A stretch of DNA of 54,649 nucleotides. Source: Bifidobacterium breve. GTDB taxonomy: Bacteria > Actinomycetota > Actinomycetes > S36-B12. Every line of letters begins with the position of its first letter. Position 1 is the first letter of the stretch. Under the pieces are notes generated by a model that was not told the DNA's origin, ran no database searches, and saw only the letters and a list, made by a program, of their open reading frames with translations. Positions 44,276-52,630 of this stretch are shown one piece after another. The translations under genes and the position numbers were made by a program. Where the stretch lies: the NCBI GenBank assembly GCA_945877545.1, contig CAMCSO010000002.1:1-54649 (forward strand), written 5' to 3'.

Positions 44276-45883
44276 TCAGATCGAACCCATGCTCGATGCA
44301 TTGAGCGCCTGCTGCAACTGCTGGCCCGTCTCATCAGCAAGTGCGGCGCGGCGAAGATTTCGAAGGCGCTCTGCGGCGCGCGGATCACCAGCGAGGATGG
44401 GCACGGCCCCCATGAGAGAGTTGAAGTTTTTCAGACCGTTCGCATGTGTGGAGCCGTATCCCTTGACCACCTGTTGGCAAGTAATAATTTCGGTTGCTAG
44501 TGCGTAGTCCGCGGGGGCGTGTGCACGTGCCAACCCAAGCCAGGCGTCTATTCGCTCTTGCTCCTGGCCGAAGCGCAGTGAGCGACGGCGGATCGGCCGC
44601 AGGCGAGCGAGAATATAGAGCGTCGTGAATCCCCACACCGATGTGGTCTGGATCTTGAGGCCCTTATGGGTGATCTTGTAGATGACCGCGTTCATGGCCT
44701 TTGAGCGAAGGAGCCAGCGGCCGAGGGCGGTAGGTAGGGTATCGCTGATCTCCTCGACCTGCGGGTGCAGGAACTCCCGCACCTGCATGACCTGCGCATC
44801 TGCGACGCGAGCCTCCTTGCCCACTCGGTCGAATCGACGCCGTCGGGTCTTGTGGAAGGCGACTCGAATGGTGTCCTCGTAGGTCATCCATAGTGCCGTA
44901 TATCGGGCGGCCTCGGAGGTGAGGACGTTGCTCCCATCGCCGTGAACCTCGAGAGCAGTGACTGAGGAGATGCGATCAAGGTACTCGTCGGCGTAAGAGA
45001 TGTCCTGATACTCAGCGGTGCGTTTGACGCCATTGACGAGCATGAATCGCGCCTCAGCCGGAAACTCAGCGCCGATGCGAGACGCCTGGACTTGTAGGCG
45101 CAATCCCACGAGGGAATTGGGCTGCTCGATGGCTCGCTGTACCTCGGCTGGGTCGGGGCCTTCGCCGGGGACTTCACTGGGGCGCGCTCCGATCGTAATG
45201 TCGATCGACTGACCGGCAGGCTTTGCCGCGACCGTGAAGCCTTCGGAGAAGGCGAGGAGGCTCGGCTCGACCCCCTTGCCGCTGACGCGGATGGCGTCCT
45301 CAAACTGCTCCCGCGTGAACGGCAGAACCCCCGCGCCTGCGATGGCACCGAAGAGCACTGCGCTGATGACGCTCCCGGTGTCCTGGGCGATCTTGGCAAA
45401 ATCCCCGCGGATGAATCGCTTCGACGAGGCGAGGGCCGCTTCGATGAGCCGGCTTGAGTCGATGCGACCGTCGCCCATCGCGGTGCGCTCGGGCATGGCG
45501 TAGGTACGGCTGGTCGAGGCGATAAGGGTCGTGCGATCGGGAGTTGAGAAGCCTCGCTGGATTGAGCGGCCAGCTTCCATGAGTTCCGAGGCCACGACGA
45601 TATCGACCTCACCAGGGGTCGGCATGGTGCTGAGAACCGGCTCCGGATGGCGCTCCGAGCCAATGAACTTAGGGAAGAGTTCGACGTAGTACACGGTTGC
45701 CCCGGTGCGCTGCGCCACCCCGGGGACGGACGTGCTCTGCGCGTAGTAGCCGTTCTCCTCTGCGACGGCGACAATCCAATCGGAAAGGACGCCGCCGCCT
45801 TCGCCGCCCATGGCCAGGATGGCCATGGTGATCGGTCGAAGGCGCACCGAGGTGCTTGGAAGGCTAGTTGTCGTTGCGGTCAT
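44276..45883 (-). CDS. iorB: Indolepyruvate/arylpyruvate:ferredoxin oxidoreductase, beta-type subunit (long form with a C-terminal extension)
   Basis: N-terminal POR-gamma-like domain (AILAMGGEGGGVLSDWIV...GVAQRTGATVYYVE) plus a ~300-aa C-terminal domain. 535 aa. Directly downstream of iorA. Confidence 0.82.
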   Translation of the reverse strand: MTATTTSLPSTSVRLRPITMAILAMGGEGGGVLSDWIVAVAEENGYYAQSTSVPGVAQRTGATVYYVELFPKFIGSERHPEPVLSTMPTPGEVDIVVASELMEAGRSIQRGFSTPDRTTLIASTSRTYAMPERTAMGDGRIDSSRLIEAALASSKRFIRGDFAKIAQDTGSVISAVLFGAIAGAGVLPFTREQFEDAIRVSGKGVEPSLLAFSEGFTVAAKPAGQSIDITIGARPSEVPGEGPDPAEVQRAIEQPNSLVGLRLQVQASRIGAEFPAEARFMLVNGVKRTAEYQDISYADEYLDRISSVTALEVHGDGSNVLTSEAARYTALWMTYEDTIRVAFHKTRRRRFDRVGKEARVADAQVMQVREFLHPQVEEISDTLPTALGRWLLRSKAMNAVIYKITHKGLKIQTTSVWGFTTLYILARLRPIRRRSLRFGQEQERIDAWLGLARAHAPADYALATEIITCQQVVKGYGSTHANGLKNFNSLMGAVPILAGDPRAAERLRNLRRAALADETGQQLQQALNASSMGSI

Positions 45884-45915
45884 CTAGGGCTGCCCTCAGT
45901 TGAGATGGTTGCGGA

Positions 45916-48087
45916 TCATAGATCTGCATCGATGCCGGCGAGCCGGCGTTCGATCCCTCGCTGCAGGAATCCGATGTAGCGGTGGCGTAGCGCGGTCTTC
46001 ATCCGGTCCCAGCGACTCGGGTTCGTGATGATCTCTGTTCGGTAGAACGACGGGCACAGGGCCGCGGCATGTGCGTTCTCGCCGCAGAGCCCGCAACCAA
46101 CGCAACTGTCGAGCACCGTGGCGATTGGGTCCTGCCGCATCGGATCGGGGTTGGGCCCGATGGTGAGCGACGGGCAGCCCGAGATACGGATGCAGGAGTG
46201 ATCCCCGGTGCATGTTTCTGGATCGATGCCGAAGCGCTCGCGTACGACCCGCTTCCCCTCCTTGATTTGCCGCGCGATGATCGGCTTCTCGCGTCTCGAT
46301 TTATTCAACGTGCACTCGCTCTGGGCGATGATCACCTTCGGGCCCGGCTCCGTCGAGGTGAGTGCCTCCTTGAAGAGATCCCGCATCTCGTCGACCTTGA
46401 AGGTGTTCGTCATCGTCCGTGACCAGCGGACCCCGACCCCTCGCACCGCCTTCTCTATCGAGTGCTTCGTGGATCGCAGGGGATTATCGGCCTTGGACGA
46501 GAGTATGTCCTGGCCACCGGTGGCCGCACTGTACGCGTTGTCGACGATGACGAGGAGTTGGTCGTTCTCATTGAATACGGCGTTCCCTACGCCGCTCGTG
46601 AGCCCGTTGTGCCAGAAGCCGCCGTCACCCATAATCGCGATGGGTCGACTGCTCGTGTCTTTACCGTTGAGGGCGGCGGCTCCGGCGGAGCCAAGGCCGT
46701 AGCCCATGGTCGTTGCCCCGATGTTGAACGGGGCGTTGATCGAGAACAGATGGCAGCCGATGTCGGCGCTCACATGATGCTCGCCAACCTCCCGCTGCGC
46801 GAGAGTGAGGGCGGCGAAGATCGGTCGCTCCGGGCAGCCGGTGCAGAATCCGGGCGGACGACCCTGGACGAGATCGGGTGCGATGCGCTCCGCGTACGGG
46901 CTGCGGGGATCGGTTGCGGGGAGGGTCGAGGTCGGGAGTTGATCTTGGTCGAGGAGTTCGGGGGCGTACTTCTGGACGAAGGCGAGCACCCCCTTCGTTA
47001 CCGCCGCGGGCGTGTACTCCCCGGCGACGGGCAGGAGGTCCTTGCCATGCAGTTTCGCGGTGGCATCAGCGCGGCGCAGGATCGTCTGAATATTCTGTTC
47101 GATGAAGTCCGGCTGCCCCTCCTCAACGAGCAGGACAGCACGCTTGCCCTCGCAGAAACCGGTGACCTCGTCGTCGATGACCGGGTAGGTGACGTTCATG
47201 ACGTAGAGCGGAATTGAACTGTTGCCGAATGGATCCGATAACCCGAGGAGCTCGAGAGCCCGATTCACATTGTTGTACAGACCGCCTTGCAGGATGATTC
47301 CGAAATCTCTGGTCCCCTCGGCGACGTATTCATTGAGTTGATTGTCCTTGATGAACTGAACCGCCGCTGGCCACCGCTTGTTCACCTTCTCCTGCTCGTG
47401 CAGGAAGCTGGCGGGTGGGAGGACGACGCGGCTGAGATCGCGCTTGGGATTCGCCAGAGCGTCGGCGATGGTGAATGCTGGCCGCTTATTGTCCTTTGTG
47501 ATGAAGGAGCCGTGCAGATGACATGATCGCAGGCGCAATTCGAGGATGACGGGAGTGTTGCTCGCTTCCGATAGTTCGAACCCCTTCTCCACCATGTCGA
47601 CGATCGCCGTGAGATTCGGTCGCGGATCGAGGAGCCACATCTGCGACTTCATGGCGAACGCGTGGGTGCGCTCCTGCATGATGCTCGCGCCCTCGCCGTA
47701 GTCCTCGCCGATGATGACGAGGGCCCCACCCAAGACTCCACCGGATGCGAGGTTGGCAAGTGCATCGGACGCAACGTTGAAGCCGACCGTCGACTTGAAC
47801 GTGACCGCTCCACGAAGTGGGTAGTGGACGGACGCTGCGAGTGACGCGGCGGCGGTCGCCTCGGATGCGCTGTTCTCGAAGTAGACCCCGAGCTCATCGA
47901 GGATGTCCTGGGCATCGCCGAGAACGTCCATGAGGTGCGAAATCGGAGCTCCCTGGTAACCGCCGACGTACGCAACCCCGGACTGGAGGAGGCCCTTGGT
48001 GACCGCGAGGATTCCCTCCCCGCGGAACTCCTCACCATTTCGAAGGCGAAGCTCTTGGACCTCGGTGGCGAATGAACGCTCAGCCAT
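45916..48087 (-). CDS. iorA: Indolepyruvate/arylpyruvate:ferredoxin oxidoreductase, alpha subunit (TPP- and 4Fe-4S-binding)
   Basis: 723 aa. N-terminal motif GYQGAPISHL, TPP motif MGDGGFWHNG, and cysteine motifs CTGCPERP and CVGCGLCGENAHAAALCP. Confidence 0.88.
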   Translation of the reverse strand: MAERSFATEVQELRLRNGEEFRGEGILAVTKGLLQSGVAYVGGYQGAPISHLMDVLGDAQDILDELGVYFENSASEATAAASLAASVHYPLRGAVTFKSTVGFNVASDALANLASGGVLGGALVIIGEDYGEGASIMQERTHAFAMKSQMWLLDPRPNLTAIVDMVEKGFELSEASNTPVILELRLRSCHLHGSFITKDNKRPAFTIADALANPKRDLSRVVLPPASFLHEQEKVNKRWPAAVQFIKDNQLNEYVAEGTRDFGIILQGGLYNNVNRALELLGLSDPFGNSSIPLYVMNVTYPVIDDEVTGFCEGKRAVLLVEEGQPDFIEQNIQTILRRADATAKLHGKDLLPVAGEYTPAAVTKGVLAFVQKYAPELLDQDQLPTSTLPATDPRSPYAERIAPDLVQGRPPGFCTGCPERPIFAALTLAQREVGEHHVSADIGCHLFSINAPFNIGATTMGYGLGSAGAAALNGKDTSSRPIAIMGDGGFWHNGLTSGVGNAVFNENDQLLVIVDNAYSAATGGQDILSSKADNPLRSTKHSIEKAVRGVGVRWSRTMTNTFKVDEMRDLFKEALTSTEPGPKVIIAQSECTLNKSRREKPIIARQIKEGKRVVRERFGIDPETCTGDHSCIRISGCPSLTIGPNPDPMRQDPIATVLDSCVGCGLCGENAHAAALCPSFYRTEIITNPSRWDRMKTALRHRYIGFLQRGIERRLAGIDADL

Positions 48088-48131
48088 GATGCCTGCCTCT
48101 CACAGTTAATGCGTCGATGTTTGTGTGAAGT

Positions 48132-48155
48132 GTGGTGATAAGCGTGGTGATAAGC
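48132..48155. promoter_or_regulatory. Perfect 12-bp tandem direct repeat (gtggtgataagc x2) in the iorA upstream region
   Basis: Read directly at 48132-48143 and 48144-48155, 45-68 nt upstream of the iorA start codon (- strand). A regulatory role is inferred only. Confidence 0.4.
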
Positions 48156-48204
48156 ATCATCCCTGCTGCCGGGGTCAGACAAGGTGCTTTCGGTGTGGGT
48201 TCCG

Positions 48205-49275
48205 TCACCGTTGATCAAGCCCAGCGAGGATTGCCCGCGTCACTTCGGCGGTGTCTGCGGTGCCCTGGAGGTCGGCCGTTCGTGTCGCTGGGAGGAGTAG
48301 GGAGGCCTCAATTGAACGCATGATGGCTGCCGCGGGCTCCGGATGGCCGAGGTGCTCAAGCATCATCGCGCCTGACCAGATGGCCGCGACGGGATTTGCG
48401 ATCCCGCGCCCGGCGATATCGGGTGCGGAACCGTGTACGGGTTCGAACATGGAGGGGAACAGTCGCTCCGGATTCAGATTTGCCGAGGCTGCGACGCCGA
48501 GACTGCCCACCGTTGCAGCTGCGAGGTCGGACAGGATGTCGCCGAAGAGGTTCGACGCCACGACGACGTCGAATTCATAGGGACGCTGTACCATCTCGGC
48601 CGCGAGGGCGTCGATGAGGACCTTGCGCAGGGTGGTTCCCGGGTAACTGGTGGAAACCTCCGCAACAACCTCATCCCAGAATGGCATCGTGTGGATGATT
48701 CCGTTGGACTTTGTCGCAGATGTGACGTGACCGCGGCGATTGACTGCTTGGTCGAAGGCGTAACGTGCCACCCGCTCGATGCCGACTCTCGTGAAGATGT
48801 TCTCCTGCAGAGCGAATTCGCGCTCAGTGCCGCGTCCATATCGCCCGCCAATCTCCGAGTACTCGCCCTCGGTGTTTTCGCGAACGATGACCATGTCAAC
48901 GATGGCGCCCTCAGGAAGTCGGACCCGCGGCTCGACTCCCTCGAACTGACGAACCGGCCGAAGATTCACGTACTGGTCGAACGCCCGTCGGATGGGGATG
49001 AGGAGGCCCCAGAGTGACTCATGGTCGGGGACGTCGATTCGACCGACGGCGCCGAGGAAGATCGCATCGTGCTGGCGCAGGCGCTCGATGCCGTCGGCAG
49101 GCATCATGGTGCCCGCCTGGATGAGGTGGTCGCAGCCCCAGTCGAGCCACGCCCAGTCGATACGCATCCCAGACATCGCCGCTGCTCGATCGAGGACCTC
49201 CGCTGCGCTTGGCAGCACTTCATTGCCGATGCCGTCGCCGGGAATTGCCGCGATCGTCAACACGTGATCAGCCAC
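48205..49275 (-). CDS. Tartrate dehydrogenase / D-malate dehydrogenase (decarboxylating) family enzyme (DmlA-like, isopropylmalate-DH superfamily)
   Basis: Motifs AAIPGDGIGNEV, VRENTEGEYS, SATKSNG, VVASNLFGDILSDL and FEPVHGSAPDIAG. By recollection it aligns end to end with E. coli DmlA/YeaU. The GTG start overlaps the upstream cupin stop by 8 nt. Confidence 0.87.
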   Translation of the reverse strand: MADHVLTIAAIPGDGIGNEVLPSAAEVLDRAAAMSGMRIDWAWLDWGCDHLIQAGTMMPADGIERLRQHDAIFLGAVGRIDVPDHESLWGLLIPIRRAFDQYVNLRPVRQFEGVEPRVRLPEGAIVDMVIVRENTEGEYSEIGGRYGRGTEREFALQENIFTRVGIERVARYAFDQAVNRRGHVTSATKSNGIIHTMPFWDEVVAEVSTSYPGTTLRKVLIDALAAEMVQRPYEFDVVVASNLFGDILSDLAAATVGSLGVAASANLNPERLFPSMFEPVHGSAPDIAGRGIANPVAAIWSGAMMLEHLGHPEPAAAIMRSIEASLLLPATRTADLQGTADTAEVTRAILAGLDQR

Positions 49276-50389
49276 TGGCGGGGGCGCCTGTTTCGATGTC
49301 CTGGTGGCCGGAATTTGCGTTCATCGACTCCTCTGCGTGGAGATCGAGCGCGGCGATCATCGGGAAGTCATTGAAGGAGAACAGGCAGGCATCGACCGCG
49401 GGATCGTCGTTTGCGTGTTCATGCCATGCCCACGAAGGAACGCAGAAGATGTCGTGCTCCTTCCAATCAAATCTGCGGCCGGCGATGATGGAATGGCCGC
49501 GGCCCTTCGCGACGTGGTAGACCACCGACCCGGTGTGCCGATGTGCGAGGGTCGCTTGGGATGGCTGAAGCAACTGAATGTGAGCGCCCATTGTCGGCAT
49601 GACCGACCCACCCGTGTGGGGGTTCACGTACTCCATGATCACGCCGTCGTAGGGGGTGCCGTCGCTCACCCTCGCGAGGTTGACGAGGGCGTCGTAGGTG
49701 CGGTCCCAGGGGTAGGCGAGCAGGGGGGAGTAGCGCTTGGCCCACGATCGTCCATCGGGCTTGAGGATCCCACTCCCGTGCTCGAGTAGCGATGTGTTCA
49801 CGACCTTGCCGGGGATCTGATGAAGGTCCGGGTGGACCTCATAGAAGTTCGAATCGAGAGCGTTCACGAGCGGAATATCCAGGCCGTCCTGCCAGATGAC
49901 CTGAGTGGTTGTTGACTCGTTGCCATGCTCGTGCCAGGTCCCCTTCGGCGTGATGGCGAAGTCATTCGGGCCCACCTTGAGGCGATCACCGTTGACGATG
50001 GTCCAGGCACCCTCGCCTTCGATGACGAAGCGAAGGGCCGCGGCGGCATGGCGGTGCGCGGTCATTGATTCGCCAGGATTCATGATCTGCAGGCCGCTAT
50101 AGAGCAGCCCGACGGCAGCGGAGACGTCACGGCGCTCATCATTGACGAGGTAGACCACGCGTCGTCCGGCGTTATCACCGGTGACGAGGATCGCTGACTC
50201 GACGACGAGGGGGCGGAGTTCGTCGTAGCGCCAGAGCATCGGGATGGAGCGAGGTTGCGGGAACCAGGGCTCGATCTCATTCGCGACGGTCCATAGAGCT
50301 CCGGAGCCGTGCTTCGCCAGGCGTGCGTAATACTCCTCGAGCTCCGGGGTCGACTGCACCCTCGCACGGCCAATGACGTCCTCGATCAT
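49268..50389 (-). CDS. Gentisate 1,2-dioxygenase-like bicupin ring-cleavage dioxygenase
   Basis: Motifs LEEYYARL...ALWTV, LYSGLQIMNPGESMTAHRHAAAALRFVIEG, WHEHGN, and a second cupin AHRHTGS...WHEHAN. The ATG at 50389 has a GGAGGA RBS 6 nt upstream and gives 373 aa. The track ORF extends to 50476. Confidence 0.85.
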   Translation of the reverse strand: MIEDVIGRARVQSTPELEEYYARLAKHGSGALWTVANEIEPWFPQPRSIPMLWRYDELRPLVVESAILVTGDNAGRRVVYLVNDERRDVSAAVGLLYSGLQIMNPGESMTAHRHAAAALRFVIEGEGAWTIVNGDRLKVGPNDFAITPKGTWHEHGNESTTTQVIWQDGLDIPLVNALDSNFYEVHPDLHQIPGKVVNTSLLEHGSGILKPDGRSWAKRYSPLLAYPWDRTYDALVNLARVSDGTPYDGVIMEYVNPHTGGSVMPTMGAHIQLLQPSQATLAHRHTGSVVYHVAKGRGHSIIAGRRFDWKEHDIFCVPSWAWHEHANDDPAVDACLFSFNDFPMIAALDLHAEESMNANSGHQDIETGAPASG

Positions 50390-50536
50390 GTGATGTCCTC
50401 CATCATCGCCTTCCACTGGGACTGACCACGGGCCAATGCGGATCGTAACTTCTTCGCTGCGGTGATTATTCATCAAATGCTAGTGTTTGGGCCGACTCAG
50501 GGCGACCGCGAACCCGAGGAAATGAGGTGACGACAC

Positions 50537-51550
50537 GTGATCGATTACGCGCGGTTCACCGCTGCTGCAGTTCAGGCGGCACCCGTCTACCTTGATACTG
50601 CTGCTACCGTCGAAAAGGCATGCGGGCTCATTGCCGAAGCAGCCCTTAATGGTGCGCGGCTCATTGTCTTCCCCGAGGTGTTCGTCCCCGGGTATCCCTA
50701 CTGGAATTGGACGATGACCCCTGGCAAGGGCAGTCCGTGGTTCGAGCGGCTGTTCCGGGCAGCCATCGACATCCCTGGCCCCGAGGTCGACGCGCTCCGT
50801 ACTGCGGCTCAGGCAGCGGGAGCGCAGGTCGTCATCGGTGTGAACGAGCGCGACCCGTTCTCGATGGGGACCCTCTATAACTCACTTCTCTTCATCGGGG
50901 GTGACGGCGAACTGCTGGGAGTGCACCGCAAACTCGTGCCCACGTGGGCGGAGAAACTCACCTGGGCGGGTGGCGACGGAAGCTCGCTGCGGGTCTATGA
51001 CACCCCGACTGGACGGATCGGAGGCTTGGCCTGCGGTGAGAACACCAACACCCTCGCACGCTTCACGCTCCTCGCCCAAGGTGAGAACGTTCACTGCGCG
51101 ACGTACATCTCCCTGCCAACCGCCCCCGCTGACTACGACATGGTCGAGGCGATCAAGGTGCGAGGCGCAGCGCACTCCTTCGAGGGCAAGGTATTCACGG
51201 TCGTCGCCTGCTCGTCGATCACTGCGGAGATGGTCGATCTCATCGCTCATGATGATGAGTCGAGGTCGATGCTTGAGCGCCGGAACTCGGCGTTCAGCGG
51301 GGTGTTCGGTCCAGATGGCCGGCTCGTGAGCGAGCCGCTTATTGACGTCGAGGGCATCGTCTATGCAGATATCGACCTCAACAGGTGCATACAGCCTAAG
51401 CAGATGCACGACATCATCGGACACTACAACCGGTTCGACGTGTTCCAGTTGCACGTGAACCGCACGCCCCAGTCGCGCGTGGTGTTCACCGAGAGCATTG
51501 ATCGACAACCGATCACTCCGCCAGCTGCGGCCCCACTCCCGGAGCCATAG
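50537..51550 (+). CDS. Nitrilase (carbon-nitrogen hydrolase superfamily, branch-1-like) with an atypical CGE catalytic motif
   Basis: Putative E-K-C triad: FPEVF (E47), HRKLVPT (K132), LACGEN (C166). The C-terminal GHYNRFDVFQL matches the GHYSRPDV motif I recall from nitrilases. 337 aa. Confidence 0.83.
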   Translation: MIDYARFTAAAVQAAPVYLDTAATVEKACGLIAEAALNGARLIVFPEVFVPGYPYWNWTMTPGKGSPWFERLFRAAIDIPGPEVDALRTAAQAAGAQVVIGVNERDPFSMGTLYNSLLFIGGDGELLGVHRKLVPTWAEKLTWAGGDGSSLRVYDTPTGRIGGLACGENTNTLARFTLLAQGENVHCATYISLPTAPADYDMVEAIKVRGAAHSFEGKVFTVVACSSITAEMVDLIAHDDESRSMLERRNSAFSGVFGPDGRLVSEPLIDVEGIVYADIDLNRCIQPKQMHDIIGHYNRFDVFQLHVNRTPQSRVVFTESIDRQPITPPAAAPLPEP

Positions 51551-51614
51551 TCGCCTGCGCCACAGATTCCTGTGACGTACCAGCCCAATCCCGACCCGAT
51601 TTCCAAGGAGCGTC

Positions 51615-52517
51615 ATGCGATTCGTCACCTTCAGCACGTCAGCAGATGGCCCGTTAATCCTCGGACTCGTGAGTGGGGATGATGTCGTCGATCTGCGCGC
51701 GGGCCTCGAGGGCATTGTCGTCGTGCCGGTTCGGCTGATCGACTACGTGACTGCCGGACCCGAATTGCACGCGCAAGTGGTGGCTGCGGTGGCGAAGCAG
51801 GGGTCGTGGCCAGATGGCGTCACCTACCCGGTTGCCGGGGTCACCCTGCGCGCGCCGCTTCGCCCAGGAAAGGTCGTTGGGGTTGGGCTCAATTACGTCG
51901 AGCATGTCGAGGAGTCGAGTCGGACCCTCGACACAGCCAAGGAGCTCCCGACCCGACCGGTGCTCTTCAGCAAGCCAGGCACCGCGGTGGTGGGTCCGGG
52001 GGAGCCGATCCAGCACAACGCGACGATGACCGAGCAACTGGACTGGGAGTGCGAACTGGCCGTGGTTATCGGCCGGGCGGCACGCAATGTCCCGGAGTCC
52101 GAGGCTCTCGACTACGTGTTCGGTTACAGCATCATCAATGACATCAGCGCCCGCGATCAGCGACGTTCGGGGCAGTGGTTCTTTTCCAAGGGCCAAGACA
52201 GCTACGCGCCCTTCGGTCCGATGATCGTCACGACCGATGAGATAACCGACCCGCATACCCTTCGGCTCACCCTGACGGTGAATGGGGATCAGCGGCAGGA
52301 CGGCAACTCGCGCAACATGCTTTTCAAGATCCCGACCCTGATCGCCGACATCACGTCCGGCGTCACCCTCGAGCCCGGGGATGTCATCGCAACAGGATCA
52401 CCACAGGGTGTCGGCGCTGCCATGGACCCGCCGACCTTCCTACTGCCGGGAGATGTCGTCGCCTGTACGATCGAAAGAATCGGCACTCTGACGAACCCAG
52501 TGGTCGCAGTAAACTAA
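51615..52517 (+). CDS. Fumarylacetoacetate hydrolase (FAH)-family hydrolase/decarboxylase (fumarylpyruvate/maleylpyruvate hydrolase candidate)
   Basis: Motifs VGVGLNYVEH, DWECELAVVIG, INDISARD, FSKGQDSYAPFGP and GDVIATGSPQGVG. 300 aa. Confidence 0.87.
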   Translation: MRFVTFSTSADGPLILGLVSGDDVVDLRAGLEGIVVVPVRLIDYVTAGPELHAQVVAAVAKQGSWPDGVTYPVAGVTLRAPLRPGKVVGVGLNYVEHVEESSRTLDTAKELPTRPVLFSKPGTAVVGPGEPIQHNATMTEQLDWECELAVVIGRAARNVPESEALDYVFGYSIINDISARDQRRSGQWFFSKGQDSYAPFGPMIVTTDEITDPHTLRLTLTVNGDQRQDGNSRNMLFKIPTLIADITSGVTLEPGDVIATGSPQGVGAAMDPPTFLLPGDVVACTIERIGTLTNPVVAVN

Positions 52518-52562
52518 CAGCAGCACCCACCACCCCCCAACGTCGCCAGCACCAACCCCAAC

Positions 52563-52630
52563 GTCATTTGAACCAGAATCCGGCTCAAATTGCCAAAATC
52601 TTGGTCATTTGAGGGTCATTTTGGTCATTT
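52563..52630. repeat. Palindromic intergenic repeat, copy C, followed by three tandem GGTCATTT half-sites
   Basis: gtcatttgaaccagaatccggctcaaattg (52563-52592), then ggtcattt at 52603-52610, 52614-52621 and 52623-52630. Lies between the convergent FAH-family and MBL genes. Confidence 0.6.
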
